A stretch of 64,000 bases of DNA from a bacterium (GCA_965199855.1 OZ241326.1:1824001-1888000), one strand, 5' to 3'. Numbered from the stretch's first letter, positions 47,804 through 58,065 are shown. Program-made: numbers and translations. Notes: generated by a model not told the origin, from the sequence alone.

Positions 47804-49048
47804 ATGTTCGAGCCGTTCACCGACGACGTATTCTACGCGAAGCCCGTCCCGGGCGTCGGCCTGCCGCGCGGGGAGCCGGGCGACTCCGCTCTCCCGATGG
47901 CTGGCTCAGGAGAGGCCGGCGAGGCGCCTCCCTGCGCGGATCCTTCCCTGTTTCCGCTGAAGCGGCGCAAGAGCTCCCAGGTCAGGGTGCGCGGCGTCGC
48001 GGTCGGCGGCGGCGCGCCCATCGCCGTGCAGTCGATGTGCAACACCTACACGCACGACGTGGAGGAGACCGTCGCCCAAATCGAGCGCCTGGAGGCCGCC
48101 GGGTGCGAAATCGTCCGTCTGGCCGTTCCCGACGAGAGGGCGGCCAAGGCGCTCTACGAAATCAGGACGCGCACGGAAATGCCCCTGGTGGCGGACGTTC
48201 ACTTCGACTACCGCTACGCCCTGACGGCGGCGGACGCGGGCGTCGACTGCCTGCGCATCAACCCCGGCAACATCAACGGGGAGGAGCGGGTGAGCGAGGT
48301 GGTCGCCTCGGCGAAGGACCACGGCCTGCCCATCCGCGTGGGCGTGAACGCCGGCTCCCTGGAGAAGCACCTGCTGGATCGCTTCGGCGGCGCCACGCCC
48401 GAGGCGATGGTGGAAAGCGGGCTGCGCCACGTCGCCATGCTGGAGAAGCGCGGATTCCACGACACGAAAATCTCCCTCAAGGCCTCGGACGTGGCCAGGA
48501 CGGTGCGCGCCTACCGGCTGATGGCGAAGCGCGTCGAATATCCTCTCCACCTGGGCGTCACGGAGAGCGGGAGCCTTCAGACGGGCAGCGTCAAAAGCGC
48601 CGTCGGGCTGGGCGTTCTGCTCTCCGAGGGCATCGGCGACACCCTGCGCGTCTCCCTGGCGGCGGACCCGGTGGAGGAGGTGCGCGTCGCCTATGAAATC
48701 CTGAAAAGCCTCAAGCTGCGCCAGAAGGGCGTGAACGTCGTCGCGTGCCCCTCCTGCGGCCGCGTCCAGATCGACGTGGACAAGCTCACCATGGAAGTGG
48801 AGCGGGAGCTCGCCCACGTCGACGCCCCCATCACGGTGGCCGTCATGGGCTGCGAGGTGAACGGCCCCGGCGAGGCGCGCGAGGCGGACATCGGCGTGGC
48901 CGGCGGCCACAGGCGCGCCCTGATTTTCCTGAAGGGCGAGAAGGCGGGTCTGGTGGCGTATGAGGACATCAAGAAGAACCTCGTGGAGCGCGTGGAGGCG
49001 CTCGCGGCGCAATACGACAAGAAGCGTTGCGAGACGGCTCTTTCCTGA
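47804..49048 (+). CDS. ispG: HMBPP synthase (MEP pathway)
   Basis: VQSM, PLVADVHF, RINPGN, RVGVNAGSL, PLHLGVTE, CPSCGR, MGC.VNGPGE; about 50-aa N-terminal extension, start uncertain. Confidence 0.96.
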   Translation: MFEPFTDDVFYAKPVPGVGLPRGEPGDSALPMAGSGEAGEAPPCADPSLFPLKRRKSSQVRVRGVAVGGGAPIAVQSMCNTYTHDVEETVAQIERLEAAGCEIVRLAVPDERAAKALYEIRTRTEMPLVADVHFDYRYALTAADAGVDCLRINPGNINGEERVSEVVASAKDHGLPIRVGVNAGSLEKHLLDRFGGATPEAMVESGLRHVAMLEKRGFHDTKISLKASDVARTVRAYRLMAKRVEYPLHLGVTESGSLQTGSVKSAVGLGVLLSEGIGDTLRVSLAADPVEEVRVAYEILKSLKLRQKGVNVVACPSCGRVQIDVDKLTMEVERELAHVDAPITVAVMGCEVNGPGEAREADIGVAGGHRRALIFLKGEKAGLVAYEDIKKNLVERVEALAAQYDKKRCETALS

Positions 49049-49057
49049 TTCCGCCTC

Positions 49058-50773
49058 ATGCGATTCTCCCGAGGGTTTTTCCCCACGCTGAAAGAGGCGC
49101 CCGCCGAGGCGGAAGTCGTCAGCCACAGGCTCATGGTGCGCTCGGGCATGATTCGCCGCCTGGCGGCGGGCGTGTATTCGCTTCTGCCCCTCGGCGTGCG
49201 CGCCCAGCGCAAGGTGGAGCGGATTCTGCGCGAGGAGATGAACCGCGCGGGAGCGCAGGAGGTGTTCCTGCCCGCGCTGAACCCCGCCGGGCTCTGGCGA
49301 AAAACGGGACGCTGGGAGATTTACGGCAAGGAGCTGATCCGCCTGAAGGATCGCCACGAGCGCGATTTCTGCCTGGGACCCACGCATGAGGAGGTGATCA
49401 CCGACCTAGTGGCGCGCGAGGTGCGGAGCTACCGAGACCTGCCGCTCAACCTCTACCAGATTCAGACGAAATTCCGCGACGAGATCAGGCCCCGCTTCGG
49501 CGTGATGCGCGGGCGGGAATTCACGATGAAGGACGGCTACAGCTTCGACCGCGACGAGGCGGGCGCGGAGCGCAGCTATGAGGGAATGGTGAGGGCCTAT
49601 GAGCGCGCGTTCCGGCGGTGCGGGTTGAGGTTCAGCGCGGTGGAGGCGGATTCGGGGGCCATCGGCGGGAGCTTTTCGCACGAGTTCATGGTCATGGCCG
49701 ACACGGGCGAGGAGGCTGTCGCCGCGTGCGATTCCTGCGGCTACGCGGCGAACGTGGAAAAGGCGCCGGTTCGTCTGCGCCTTCCCGAAGGCGAGGACGG
49801 CGAACTCGAGAAAATCCGCACGCCCGGCGCCCATACGGTGGAGGAAGTGGCGGAATTCTTCTCTTTGCCCCCGCATCGAATCGTCAAGACGCTTTTGTAC
49901 GTCGCGGACGGCGAGCCGGTGGCCGCGATGATTCCGGGCCACAGGGATTTGAACGAAGTCAAACTCAAGAACGCGCTCGACGCGGCGGCGCTCGAGCTCG
50001 CCGATCCCGGAACGGTGGAAAGGCTCACCCGCTCGCAGGTGGGCTTCGCCGGCCCCGTCGGCCTGCCGGGCGTTCGCCTCGTCGCCGACCAGTCTCTCGA
50101 GGGCGCGGGCGGCCTCGTCGTCGGCGCGAACGAGACGGATCATCACTACGGGGGGGCGCGCGAGGGGCGGGATTTCGAGGCGGGCGCGTTCGCGGATCTC
50201 GCCCTCGCCCTCGATGGAGACGCCTGCCCCCGGTGCGAGGCGGCGCTCGGCGTCAGGCGCGGCATCGAGGTGGGGCACGTCTTCAAGCTGGGCCGCAAGT
50301 ATTCCGAAGCGCTGGGCGCCGACTATCAGGACGAGAACGGAGAGACGCGCGGCATCGTCATGGGCTGCTACGGCATCGGCGTGGGCCGCACGGTGGCGGC
50401 GGCCATCGAGCAGAACCACGACGAGCACGGCATCATCTGGCCGACGCCCATCGCCCCATACCACGTGGACGTCATCGCGGTGAAGGCGGACGACGAGGAG
50501 ACCATGCGGGTTTGCGGCGGCCTGTATGACGCGCTCGCCGCCTCGGGGGTGGACGTCGTCCTCGACGACAGGGACGAGCGGCCGGGCGTGAAGTTCAAGG
50601 ACGCCGATCTCATCGGCTTTCCCTACAGGGCGGTCGTCGGCCCCAGGGGACTCAGGGAGGGGAAAATCGAACTGAAGTCCCGAAGAACGGGAGAGACGCG
50701 GCTTCTGGAGGCCGAGACGGCGGCGTCCTTTCTGAAAGACCTGATTTTCGAGGAGGTGAGCGCCGCGGGATGA
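49058..50773 (+). CDS. proS: Proline--tRNA ligase with INS editing domain
   Basis: LGPTHEE, QTKFRDE.RPRFG.MRGREF, GIEVGHVF.LG.KYS, MGCYGIG. Confidence 0.98.
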   Translation: MRFSRGFFPTLKEAPAEAEVVSHRLMVRSGMIRRLAAGVYSLLPLGVRAQRKVERILREEMNRAGAQEVFLPALNPAGLWRKTGRWEIYGKELIRLKDRHERDFCLGPTHEEVITDLVAREVRSYRDLPLNLYQIQTKFRDEIRPRFGVMRGREFTMKDGYSFDRDEAGAERSYEGMVRAYERAFRRCGLRFSAVEADSGAIGGSFSHEFMVMADTGEEAVAACDSCGYAANVEKAPVRLRLPEGEDGELEKIRTPGAHTVEEVAEFFSLPPHRIVKTLLYVADGEPVAAMIPGHRDLNEVKLKNALDAAALELADPGTVERLTRSQVGFAGPVGLPGVRLVADQSLEGAGGLVVGANETDHHYGGAREGRDFEAGAFADLALALDGDACPRCEAALGVRRGIEVGHVFKLGRKYSEALGADYQDENGETRGIVMGCYGIGVGRTVAAAIEQNHDEHGIIWPTPIAPYHVDVIAVKADDEETMRVCGGLYDALAASGVDVVLDDRDERPGVKFKDADLIGFPYRAVVGPRGLREGKIELKSRRTGETRLLEAETAASFLKDLIFEEVSAAG

Positions 50774-50875
50774 TTCAGAGGGCTCCCGGACGTTTTATCG
50801 AGATCGCCCGCGCCCGCCGGGACGCGCCGCGGAATCCGGAAGCCGCGGGGAGGGGAGAGCCGCGAAACGGAAAAC

Positions 50876-50905
50876 TTGACGCTTTCGGGCCCGCGCGTCT
50901 ATATT
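50876..50905 (+). promoter_or_regulatory. sigma70 promoter for microproteins, tRNA-Met and tilS
   Basis: TTGACG-N18-TATATT. Confidence 0.6.
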
Positions 50906-50951
50906 CCCCTTTTGCGGCGAGGCGGCGTTCGCCGGAGGGGAGTGTCCGCTC

Positions 50952-51149
50952 ATGGCCTACGAGGGGGTTCGGGAATGCGCCGTTTGCGCATGGAGAGAGA
51001 CTTGCCGCCTGAAGTATCGCAACGAGCCGAACGGGGCGCTTTTCTGCCCGGAATTCTCACCCGACCTCAGGCTGCGTCGGGCGGACACGAAGAAGACGCC
51101 GCCTTCGCCCGAAGGCCGCGGCGGGGAGCGAGCGACAAATGAGGCGTGA
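50952..51149 (+). CDS. Small Cys-rich protein (65 aa), putative metal binder
   Basis: CAVCAWRETC...CPEF four-Cys pattern; GGAGGGGAG SD; downstream of a promoter. Confidence 0.7.
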   Translation: MAYEGVRECAVCAWRETCRLKYRNEPNGALFCPEFSPDLRLRRADTKKTPPSPEGRGGERATNEA

Positions 51150-51294
51150 AATCGAGATTCTGATCCTGCTCTTTCTGGGATATTTGTGCCTGATGGTGGG
51201 GCTTCGCGTGGAAGACGTCGGCATGAAGGTGTTTTCCTACATCCTTTCGGTCATGTTTTTTTTCGCCATCTTCCGACCCAAGCAGTCTCCCTGA
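51139..51294 (+). CDS. Small two-TM membrane protein (51 aa)
   Basis: Below ORF-track cutoff; MRREIEILILLFLGYLCLMVGLRVEDVGMKVFSYILSVMFFFAIFRPKQSP; overlaps upstream ORF by 11 nt, GGGGAG upstream. Confidence 0.6.
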   Translation: MRREIEILILLFLGYLCLMVGLRVEDVGMKVFSYILSVMFFFAIFRPKQSP

Positions 51295-51307
51295 GGGGGC
51301 GCATTCT

Positions 51308-51384
51308 GGCGGCGTAGCTCAACCGGTTAGAGCATACGGCTCATATCCGTAGTGTTGGGGGTTCAAGTCCCTCCGCCGCTACCA
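51308..51384 (+). tRNA. tRNA-Met (elongator, CAT)
   Basis: Cloverleaf: GGCGGCG/CGCCGCT acceptor, GCTC/GAGC D stem, TACGG-CTCATAT-CCGTA anticodon arm, TTCAAGT T loop, encoded CCA; lacks initiator features. Confidence 0.95.
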
Positions 51385-51418
51385 AACTTTCTCGCCGTCT
51401 GGGGCAGGAGACCCTCCC

Positions 51419-52942
51419 GTGACCTCGGACATCGCGCGGGCGGCTTCTTCGAGAATCACAAGGGCATTCGAGTCCGGGGTGCGGAAGGGCCTCGAAAAAT
51501 GCGGCTACGAGGCGGGCCCCGCCCCCCTGCTCATCGGCTTCTCGGGCGGGGCGGACTCCACGGCCCTTCTGCTCTCTCTCAAATCGCTTTTGGCGGAATC
51601 CCGTCCCCTGCGCGCCGTCCACGTCGAACACGGGCTTCGGGGCGCGGCGTCCCGCAAGGATGCCGAGCGCGCCGGGGAGCTGTGCCGGCGGATCCGCGTT
51701 CCGTTTCGCTGCGAGCGCGTTCGCGTGCCGCGGGCGCCGCGGCGGGGGCTGGAGGCGGCCGCCCGGGAAGCGAGGCGCGCGGCCTTTCTGGCCGTCGCCC
51801 GGGAGACGGGGGCGGATGTCCTCGCCCTGGCGCACAACAGGGACGATCAGGCCGAGACCGTCCTCATGCGCCTGTTTGAAGGGGCGGGCGCGAGAGGGGT
51901 TTCGGGCATCAGATGGCGGACCCCGCTCTCGTCAAAAGAAGACGACGCGCCCTGCGTCATCCGGCCCCTGCTGGACGCGCCGCGCGCGGAAATCCTCGAA
52001 TACCTGGAGGCGCGGGGCGTCTCCTGGGTCGAGGACGAGACCAACGAGGACGAAAGCCGCCTGCGAAACAGGCTGCGCGGGAAAATCCTGCCGGCGATTC
52101 GGGAGCATCTGGGCGAGGCGGCCGTCGGCGGAATCGCCCGGAGCGCGGAAATCTCTGCGCCGCTCGCTTCCTTCGTCGATGAAATGACGGCGGACGCGGC
52201 GGGGCGCTTCATCCGCGAGAACGACGGGGAGCTCGCGGTTTTTCCGCTGGGGGAGGTGGGGAGACTGCCCCGGGCGCTCCGGGCCGGCGTCTGGCGCGCG
52301 GCGATCGAGGGGCTGGAAGGCGGCTCGCGCGGCCGCAGGCGCGCCCTCCGGAAATGGATCGAGGCGCTGGACGCCCTGGCGACGGGAGAGAACCCCTCGG
52401 GCGCCTTGAGTCTGCCGGACGGCCTGGGGGCGAGAAGGGAATATGATCGCCTCATCTTCGGGCCTCTCCCTTCCGATTCGGAATTGCCCGAGGAGCGGGC
52501 GCTGCGGATTCCGGGAAAAACGCTTCATCGCTCCCTGGGCGTCGAGATAGAAGCGTTTCCGGGCTTCGCGCATTCTTGCGAAGGCTTGTGGGAAGCGCGC
52601 CTCGACGCGGAAAAACTGGGCGCGAACGCCTGCGTCCGCACCCGGCGCGGCGGGGATCGCTTCCATCCCCCGGGCCGACGAAAAGAGAGGAAGCTCAAGG
52701 ATTATCTCATCGAGCGGAAAACGCCGAAGCGCCTGAGAAACCGAATTCCCCTGCTCGCCGTGGAGAACCGGGTGGCGTGGATCATCGGCCATGGCGTTTC
52801 GGCGGAGTTCGGCTCGGAGGGCGGCGCGGGGGGGAGGGGAGTCGTCCTCAAGGCGCGGAGCGAGGGCGGCGGGAAGCCTCCTGATTCGGCGATCGCGCAG
52901 CCGGGTTTTTCCCGCATGGACGGATGGAGAAAATCCTGCTAG
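51419..52942 (+). CDS. tilS: tRNA(Ile)-lysidine synthase
   Basis: FSGGADS, HVEHGLR, EAAAREAR, AHNRDDQAET, IRPLL, DETN, RNRLR, C-terminal GDRF...KLKD. Confidence 0.95.
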   Translation: MTSDIARAASSRITRAFESGVRKGLEKCGYEAGPAPLLIGFSGGADSTALLLSLKSLLAESRPLRAVHVEHGLRGAASRKDAERAGELCRRIRVPFRCERVRVPRAPRRGLEAAAREARRAAFLAVARETGADVLALAHNRDDQAETVLMRLFEGAGARGVSGIRWRTPLSSKEDDAPCVIRPLLDAPRAEILEYLEARGVSWVEDETNEDESRLRNRLRGKILPAIREHLGEAAVGGIARSAEISAPLASFVDEMTADAAGRFIRENDGELAVFPLGEVGRLPRALRAGVWRAAIEGLEGGSRGRRRALRKWIEALDALATGENPSGALSLPDGLGARREYDRLIFGPLPSDSELPEERALRIPGKTLHRSLGVEIEAFPGFAHSCEGLWEARLDAEKLGANACVRTRRGGDRFHPPGRRKERKLKDYLIERKTPKRLRNRIPLLAVENRVAWIIGHGVSAEFGSEGGAGGRGVVLKARSEGGGKPPDSAIAQPGFSRMDGWRKSC

Positions 52943-52945
52943 TCT
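52917..52945 (+). promoter_or_regulatory. Candidate sigma70 promoter for ftsH
   Basis: TGGACG-N17-TAGTCT with extended -10 TG, overlapping the tilS stop. Confidence 0.45.
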
Positions 52946-52993
52946 GTTCTTGAACGCGAGGGAGACGCCCACCCGAAAGAGAAGGAACGGGAC

Positions 52994-54913
52994 TTGAACC
53001 AATTCTACAAGAACCTGGCGCTTTGGCTGATCATCGGCCTGATCATGGTGGGGCTGTTCCAGGCCTTCAACGGCCCGCGCTCGATGGACAGGACGGTCGT
53101 CTACAGCGACTTCCTCAAGGCGGTGGCCGCCGGGCAGGTGAGCGAGGTGGTCGTCCAGGGCGACAACATCCGGGGGCGCTATCTGAGCGGCGCCCCGTTT
53201 CAAACCTACGCCCCCAAGGACCCGAAGCTTATCGACACCCTCCGCGCCAAGGGCGTCCGCATCACGGCGAAGCCCGTGGAGCAGAACGCCTGGTATATGA
53301 GCCTGCTGATGAGCTGGCTGCCGATGCTGCTGATGCTGGGGGTGTGGATTTTCTTCATGCGCCAGATGCAGCTGGGCGGCTCCAAGGCGCTCTCGTTCGG
53401 AAAGAGCAAGGCGCGGATGATGCCCGATTCCGCGAAGAAGAAAATTACGTTCGCGGACGTGGCCGGCATCGAGGAGGCGAAGGAGGAGCTCGAGGAGCTC
53501 GTGGACTTCCTCCGCGATCCGCAGAAATTCACGCGCCTGGGCGCGCGCATTCCGAAGGGCGTTCTCATGGTCGGCCCGCCGGGAACGGGCAAGACCCTGC
53601 TGGCGCGCTCCATCGCGGGCGAGGCGGACGTGCCGTTCTTCTCCATCAGCGGATCGAGCTTCGTGGAGATGTTCGTCGGCGTCGGAGCGTCGAGGGTTCG
53701 CGACCTGTTCGAGCAGGGCAAGTCGAACGCGCCGTGCATCATTTTCATCGACGAGATTGACGCCGTAGGACGGCACCGCGGCGCCGGTCTCGGCGGCGGC
53801 CACGACGAGCGCGAGCAGACGCTCAACCAGCTCCTCGTCGAGATGGACGGCTTCGAGTCGAACGACGGGGTGATTCTGGTGGCGGCGACGAACCGGCCGG
53901 ACGTCCTGGACCCCGCCCTCCTCAGACCGGGCCGCTTCGATCGCCAGATTATCGTCTCCCTGCCGGACATCAAGGGGCGGCTGGCGATTCTGAAGGTGCA
54001 CGCCCAGAAGGTGCCGCTCGCCGAAGCCGCCGATTTGAACCTCATCGCCCGGGGCACGCCGAGGTTCGCGGGCGCCGACCTGGCGAACCTGCTGAACGAG
54101 TCCGCGCTCCTGGCGGCGCGGCGCGGAAAGCGCGCCGTTGAAAACGACGACCTCATGGAGGCGAAGGACAAGGTTCTCATGGGCAAGGAGCGGCGCAGCA
54201 TGGCGCTCAGCGAAAAGGAGAAGAAGAACACGGCCTACCACGAGGCGGGGCACGCCCTCGTCTCGCAGCTCATACCGGGGACGGACCCGGTCGAGAAGGT
54301 GACCATCATTCCGCGGGGCTTTTCGCTGGGAAGCACGTGGTCTTCGCCCGAGGAGGACCGCTACAGCAACGACAAGACGTTTCTGACGAACCAGCTCGCC
54401 TGCCTGATGGGAGGACGCGCGGCGGAGATGCTGGTTTTCGAGGAGCTGACCACGGGGGCGAAGGCCGACATCCAGTCGGCGACCGACCTGGCGAGAAGCA
54501 TGGTCTGCGAATGGGGGATGAGCGAGAAGCTCGGGCCCCTGGCCTACGGCAAGAAGCACGAGCAGATTTTTCTGGGCCGCGAAATCTCCCAGCACAGGGA
54601 CTACAGCGACCACGTGGCCCTGGAGATCGACAGCGAGGTGAAGGGGATGGTCTCCTCGGGCTACGACCGCGCCTACGGGCTGCTCGAGGAGAACCGGGAC
54701 AAGCTCGATTTGCTCGCCGACGCCCTGCTCGAATACGAAACCATCGACCTCAAGGACATCGAGTCCCTGATGGCGACCGGAAAAATCTCCAGAAGCCCGA
54801 AGAGCAAGGACGGGGTCGGCGAGGGGGACGCCCCCGTCTCTCCGCAGCCCGGGAAAGAGCCCCAGGAGGGCTCGCAGGCGTCGCCGCCGGATCTCGCGCC
54901 CGGACAGGCCTGA
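52994..54913 (+). CDS. ftsH: ATP-dependent zinc metalloprotease FtsH
   Basis: Two TMs, [38 protein letters not shown]. Confidence 0.98.
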   Translation: MNQFYKNLALWLIIGLIMVGLFQAFNGPRSMDRTVVYSDFLKAVAAGQVSEVVVQGDNIRGRYLSGAPFQTYAPKDPKLIDTLRAKGVRITAKPVEQNAWYMSLLMSWLPMLLMLGVWIFFMRQMQLGGSKALSFGKSKARMMPDSAKKKITFADVAGIEEAKEELEELVDFLRDPQKFTRLGARIPKGVLMVGPPGTGKTLLARSIAGEADVPFFSISGSSFVEMFVGVGASRVRDLFEQGKSNAPCIIFIDEIDAVGRHRGAGLGGGHDEREQTLNQLLVEMDGFESNDGVILVAATNRPDVLDPALLRPGRFDRQIIVSLPDIKGRLAILKVHAQKVPLAEAADLNLIARGTPRFAGADLANLLNESALLAARRGKRAVENDDLMEAKDKVLMGKERRSMALSEKEKKNTAYHEAGHALVSQLIPGTDPVEKVTIIPRGFSLGSTWSSPEEDRYSNDKTFLTNQLACLMGGRAAEMLVFEELTTGAKADIQSATDLARSMVCEWGMSEKLGPLAYGKKHEQIFLGREISQHRDYSDHVALEIDSEVKGMVSSGYDRAYGLLEENRDKLDLLADALLEYETIDLKDIESLMATGKISRSPKSKDGVGEGDAPVSPQPGKEPQEGSQASPPDLAPGQA

Positions 54914-55025
54914 GCTTCTCCCCGAACTCCGGATTGATGACGCCCCGGCGCCGCTCCCGCGCGCCCGCGCCGGACGGCCGCGCCGCGCCTTCTCGGGGCG
55001 CTTTCTCCATCGCCGGGAGAGTGAG

Positions 55026-55754
55026 GTGCCCAAACTCTGCGTGAACGTGGATCACGTCGCCACCATCCGGGAGGCGCGCAAGACGAACGAGCCCGATCCG
55101 GTGGCGGCCGCGCTCATCGCCGAGCGCGCGGGGGCGGCCGGCATTACGGTTCACCTGCGCGAGGACAGAAGGCATATTCAGGACAGGGACCTGCGCCTGC
55201 TGCGCCAGGTGGTTCGGGGCAAGCTCAACCTGGAGATGGCGTCCGTGTCCGAGATGCGGGACATCGCGCTGGAGGTGCGGCCGGAGCAGGCTACCCTCGT
55301 CCCCGAGCGGCGCGAGGAGATAACGACCGAGGGCGGGCTGGACGCGGCGGCCGGCGCCGGACATATCGCCGGGCTTCTGGAGCCGCTTCGCGCGGCGGGG
55401 ATTCTGCTGAGCCTTTTCGTCGATCCCGCTCCCGCCCAGATGGAAGCCGCCGGGGCGCTGGACGTCGATTTCGTGGAGCTGAACACGGCGGCCTATTCCG
55501 AAGCCGCGGACGGCGCCTCCCGCGAGAAGGAGCTGGAGGCTCTCCGCCGCGCCGCCGAGCAGGCCCACGCCCTCGGCCTGGGCGTTCACGCGGGCCACGG
55601 GCTGACCTACCTCAACGCGCGCCCGGTGGCCGCGCTTCCCCGCCTGCAGGAGCTGAACATCGGCCACAGCATCGTCTCGCACGCCGTTTTCGTCGGCATG
55701 GAAAGAGCCGCGCGCGAGATGGCGGAGCTCATCGAGCGGGCCGACGGCGCCTGA
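55026..55754 (+). CDS. pdxJ: Pyridoxine 5'-phosphate synthase
   Basis: [44 protein letters not shown]. Confidence 0.97.
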   Translation: MPKLCVNVDHVATIREARKTNEPDPVAAALIAERAGAAGITVHLREDRRHIQDRDLRLLRQVVRGKLNLEMASVSEMRDIALEVRPEQATLVPERREEITTEGGLDAAAGAGHIAGLLEPLRAAGILLSLFVDPAPAQMEAAGALDVDFVELNTAAYSEAADGASREKELEALRRAAEQAHALGLGVHAGHGLTYLNARPVAALPRLQELNIGHSIVSHAVFVGMERAAREMAELIERADGA

Positions 55755-55756
55755 AC

Positions 55757-57343
55757 GTGCCGATTCCCGTCGTCACCCCGCAGGAAATGTCGAACATCGA
55801 CAAGCGCGCCATCCGGGAATACGGCATTCCCTCCGCCTGCCTGATGGAGACGGCCGGGGCGGTCTCCGCCCGGAAGATCTGGGAAAAATACGGGCGCGGC
55901 GGGCTTCGCGTCCTGGTCGTTTGCGGGAAGGGCGGCAACGGAGGAGACGGCTTCGCCGCCGCCAGACACCTGCGAAACGCCGGGGCGGACGTCCGCGCCG
56001 CGGCGCTGTTTCCCCTGGACGAGGCCGCGGGCGATTCCGCCGTTTTCCTGAAGGCGCTGAGGAAGATGGACGTTCCCGTCCTCGAGGTGGGCGAGGGGAG
56101 CGCCGCGTCCCTGGAGGAGAGGGCGAAAGACGCGGACGTAATCGTGGACGCCATTCTGGGAACGGGGTTTCGTCCCCCGGCGCGGGGGCTTCCGGCGGAG
56201 GCGATCCGCGTTCTCGCGGCGTGCGGCGCTCCCGTCGCGGCCATCGACGTGCCCTCGGGGCTCGACGCCGGAACCGGCGAGGCCGGGCTTCCGCACGTCG
56301 CCGCCGACCTCACCCTCGCCCTGGGCGCCTTGAAGCGCGGACACCTCCTCATGCCGGCCGCCGCGCGCGTGGGCGAGCTCGTGAAGCTCGACATAGGGAT
56401 TCCCCAAAAATGCGTGGACGAGGAGGAGGCGGCGCTCCGCGTCACGGAGCCTTCCGACGCGGCGCGGAACCTGCCCCGGCGCGCCCCCGACGCCCACAAG
56501 GGAGACGCCGGCCACCTCTTCGTGCTGGGCGGCGCGCCCGGCATGTCGGGCGCCGCCCTGCTGACGGCCATGGCGGCGCTGCGCGCGGGCGCGGGCCGGG
56601 TGACGCTCTGCGCGCCGGAAAGCATTCGCCCGCTCGTGGAGGGTAGGCATCCGGAAGTCATGACCCTCTCGCTGCCGGCCACGGAGGCCGGCTCCGCGGC
56701 TCCCGCGGCGTTCGACCTCATCCTCGAGCGCTCGGAGGACATGAGCGCCCTGGTCGCGGGGCCCGGCCTCACGACGAATCCCCGGACGGTGGAGCTCGTC
56801 CACCGACTCGTCCAGCACGTCGACGCCCCCCTCGCGCTGGACGCCGACGGCCTGAACGCGCTCTCCCGGGATTTGACCATTCTGGACGGCAGGTCCGCGC
56901 GGCTGGCGCTGACGCCGCATCCCGGCGAAATGGCGCGGCTGCTGGGCGTCTCGACCCGCGAGGTGCAGGAGGATCGCGTCGCCCAGGCGAGCCGCTTCGC
57001 CGCGCGCCATCAGGTGGACGTCGCGCTGAAGGGCTGGGGAACGATTGTCGCCACGGCGGAGGGAGAAGCCTGGTACAATCCCACCGGAAACTCCGCCATG
57101 GCCACCGCCGGCAGCGGGGACGCGCTGGCGGGCGTCGTCGGCGCCCTGCTCGCCCAGGGGCTTTCGGGCAAATGGGCGCTGGCGTGCGGCGTCTATCTGC
57201 ACGGCCTGGCCGGGGATCTGGCCTCCGGGGAGATGGGCGGAATCGGCGTCACGGCGACCGATATTCTGCAGGCGCTTCCGAGGGCGAGGCGAAGCCTCCT
57301 CGCGGACGCGGGAGGCTCCGACGCTGCTCGAATTTCCCTTTGA
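55757..57343 (+). CDS. nnr: Bifunctional NAD(P)HX epimerase/dehydratase
   Basis: LME.AG, GKGGNGGDG, DAILGTG, DVPSG, HKG, DADGL, TPHPGE, AGSGD.LAG. Confidence 0.95.
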   Translation: MPIPVVTPQEMSNIDKRAIREYGIPSACLMETAGAVSARKIWEKYGRGGLRVLVVCGKGGNGGDGFAAARHLRNAGADVRAAALFPLDEAAGDSAVFLKALRKMDVPVLEVGEGSAASLEERAKDADVIVDAILGTGFRPPARGLPAEAIRVLAACGAPVAAIDVPSGLDAGTGEAGLPHVAADLTLALGALKRGHLLMPAAARVGELVKLDIGIPQKCVDEEEAALRVTEPSDAARNLPRRAPDAHKGDAGHLFVLGGAPGMSGAALLTAMAALRAGAGRVTLCAPESIRPLVEGRHPEVMTLSLPATEAGSAAPAAFDLILERSEDMSALVAGPGLTTNPRTVELVHRLVQHVDAPLALDADGLNALSRDLTILDGRSARLALTPHPGEMARLLGVSTREVQEDRVAQASRFAARHQVDVALKGWGTIVATAEGEAWYNPTGNSAMATAGSGDALAGVVGALLAQGLSGKWALACGVYLHGLAGDLASGEMGGIGVTATDILQALPRARRSLLADAGGSDAARISL

Positions 57344-57758
57344 GGCGCGAAGCGGCTCCGTGGAGCGGACGGCCGCGCTGGGCGCGCGGCTGGCGAGGGC
57401 GTCGCGGCCCGGCGAGGTCGTTTTGCTCGACGGCGACCTGGGCTCCGGGAAAACCGTATTCGCAAGGGGCTTTGTCGGCGCGCTGCCGGGGGGCGAGGGC
57501 CGGGTCGTCAGGAGCCCCACCTTCGTCTATGTCCACCATTACCCGACCGCTCCGCCCGTTCACCACATCGATCTGTATCGCCTCCCCAGGGGCGCGGACC
57601 TCGAGGGAATGGGGCTGTGGGAGCATATCGGGGAGGGCGACTTCGTCCTGATCGAATGGCCCAACCACGTGGAGCGGCGGCGCTTCCCCGCGCTTACCCG
57701 CGTCGAGTTCGAGACCCTGGCGGGAGGCGAGCGGCGGCTCCGCGTCTCCCGTCCGTGA
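57324..57758 (+). CDS. tsaE: t6A biosynthesis ATPase TsaE
   Basis: GDLGSGKT, VRSPTF, HIDLYRL, IEW; start uncertain (CTG 57324 behind GGAGG, or GTG 57360). Confidence 0.92.
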   Translation: MLEFPFEARSGSVERTAALGARLARASRPGEVVLLDGDLGSGKTVFARGFVGALPGGEGRVVRSPTFVYVHHYPTAPPVHHIDLYRLPRGADLEGMGLWEHIGEGDFVLIEWPNHVERRRFPALTRVEFETLAGGERRLRVSRP

Positions 57759-57919
57759 AGCGAATTCGGCGCGCGCCATTGCGGCGTCCCCGGTCGGGCG
57801 GGGGAGCGGGCGGCCGCGATGACGATAAAAGGCGGAAAACCCCTCAGCCTGCGCCGGGCGCGCTGTCCCCATCCCATGAATTTTCTTTACAGGAAAAGAA
57901 AAGGGTGGCAATCTGGCGG

Positions 57920-57935
57920 AGGCATTGTCCTTGCG
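57920..57935 (+). promoter_or_regulatory. Candidate sigma54 -24/-12 element upstream of lptC
   Basis: AGGCAT-TGTCC-TTGCG with exact GG-N10-GC spacing. Confidence 0.4.
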
Positions 57936-58065
57936 TACGATGCCGGGGAAGGAGGCTTGGCGAGCCGGAGCGGGGACGTTGCGGGGTTCCCCCGGGCGGG
58001 CCTCCGAATTCCCGGAACCGCGCGGACGAAACGCCGAAGGCCGCCGCCGTCTTGAGGGGTTCCCG

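Noticed and set aside
51308-51384. CAT-anticodon tRNA beside tilS as its tRNA-Ile2 substrate
   Set aside because: Acceptor stem G2-C71, C3-G70, G4-C69, G5-C68 and overall sequence fit elongator tRNA-Met, not the C4-G69/C5-G68 pattern of E. coli-type Ile2
52925-52940. GG-N10-GC before ftsH as a sigma54 promoter
   Set aside because: Lacks the conserved CA and TT positions; a sigma70-type reading fits better
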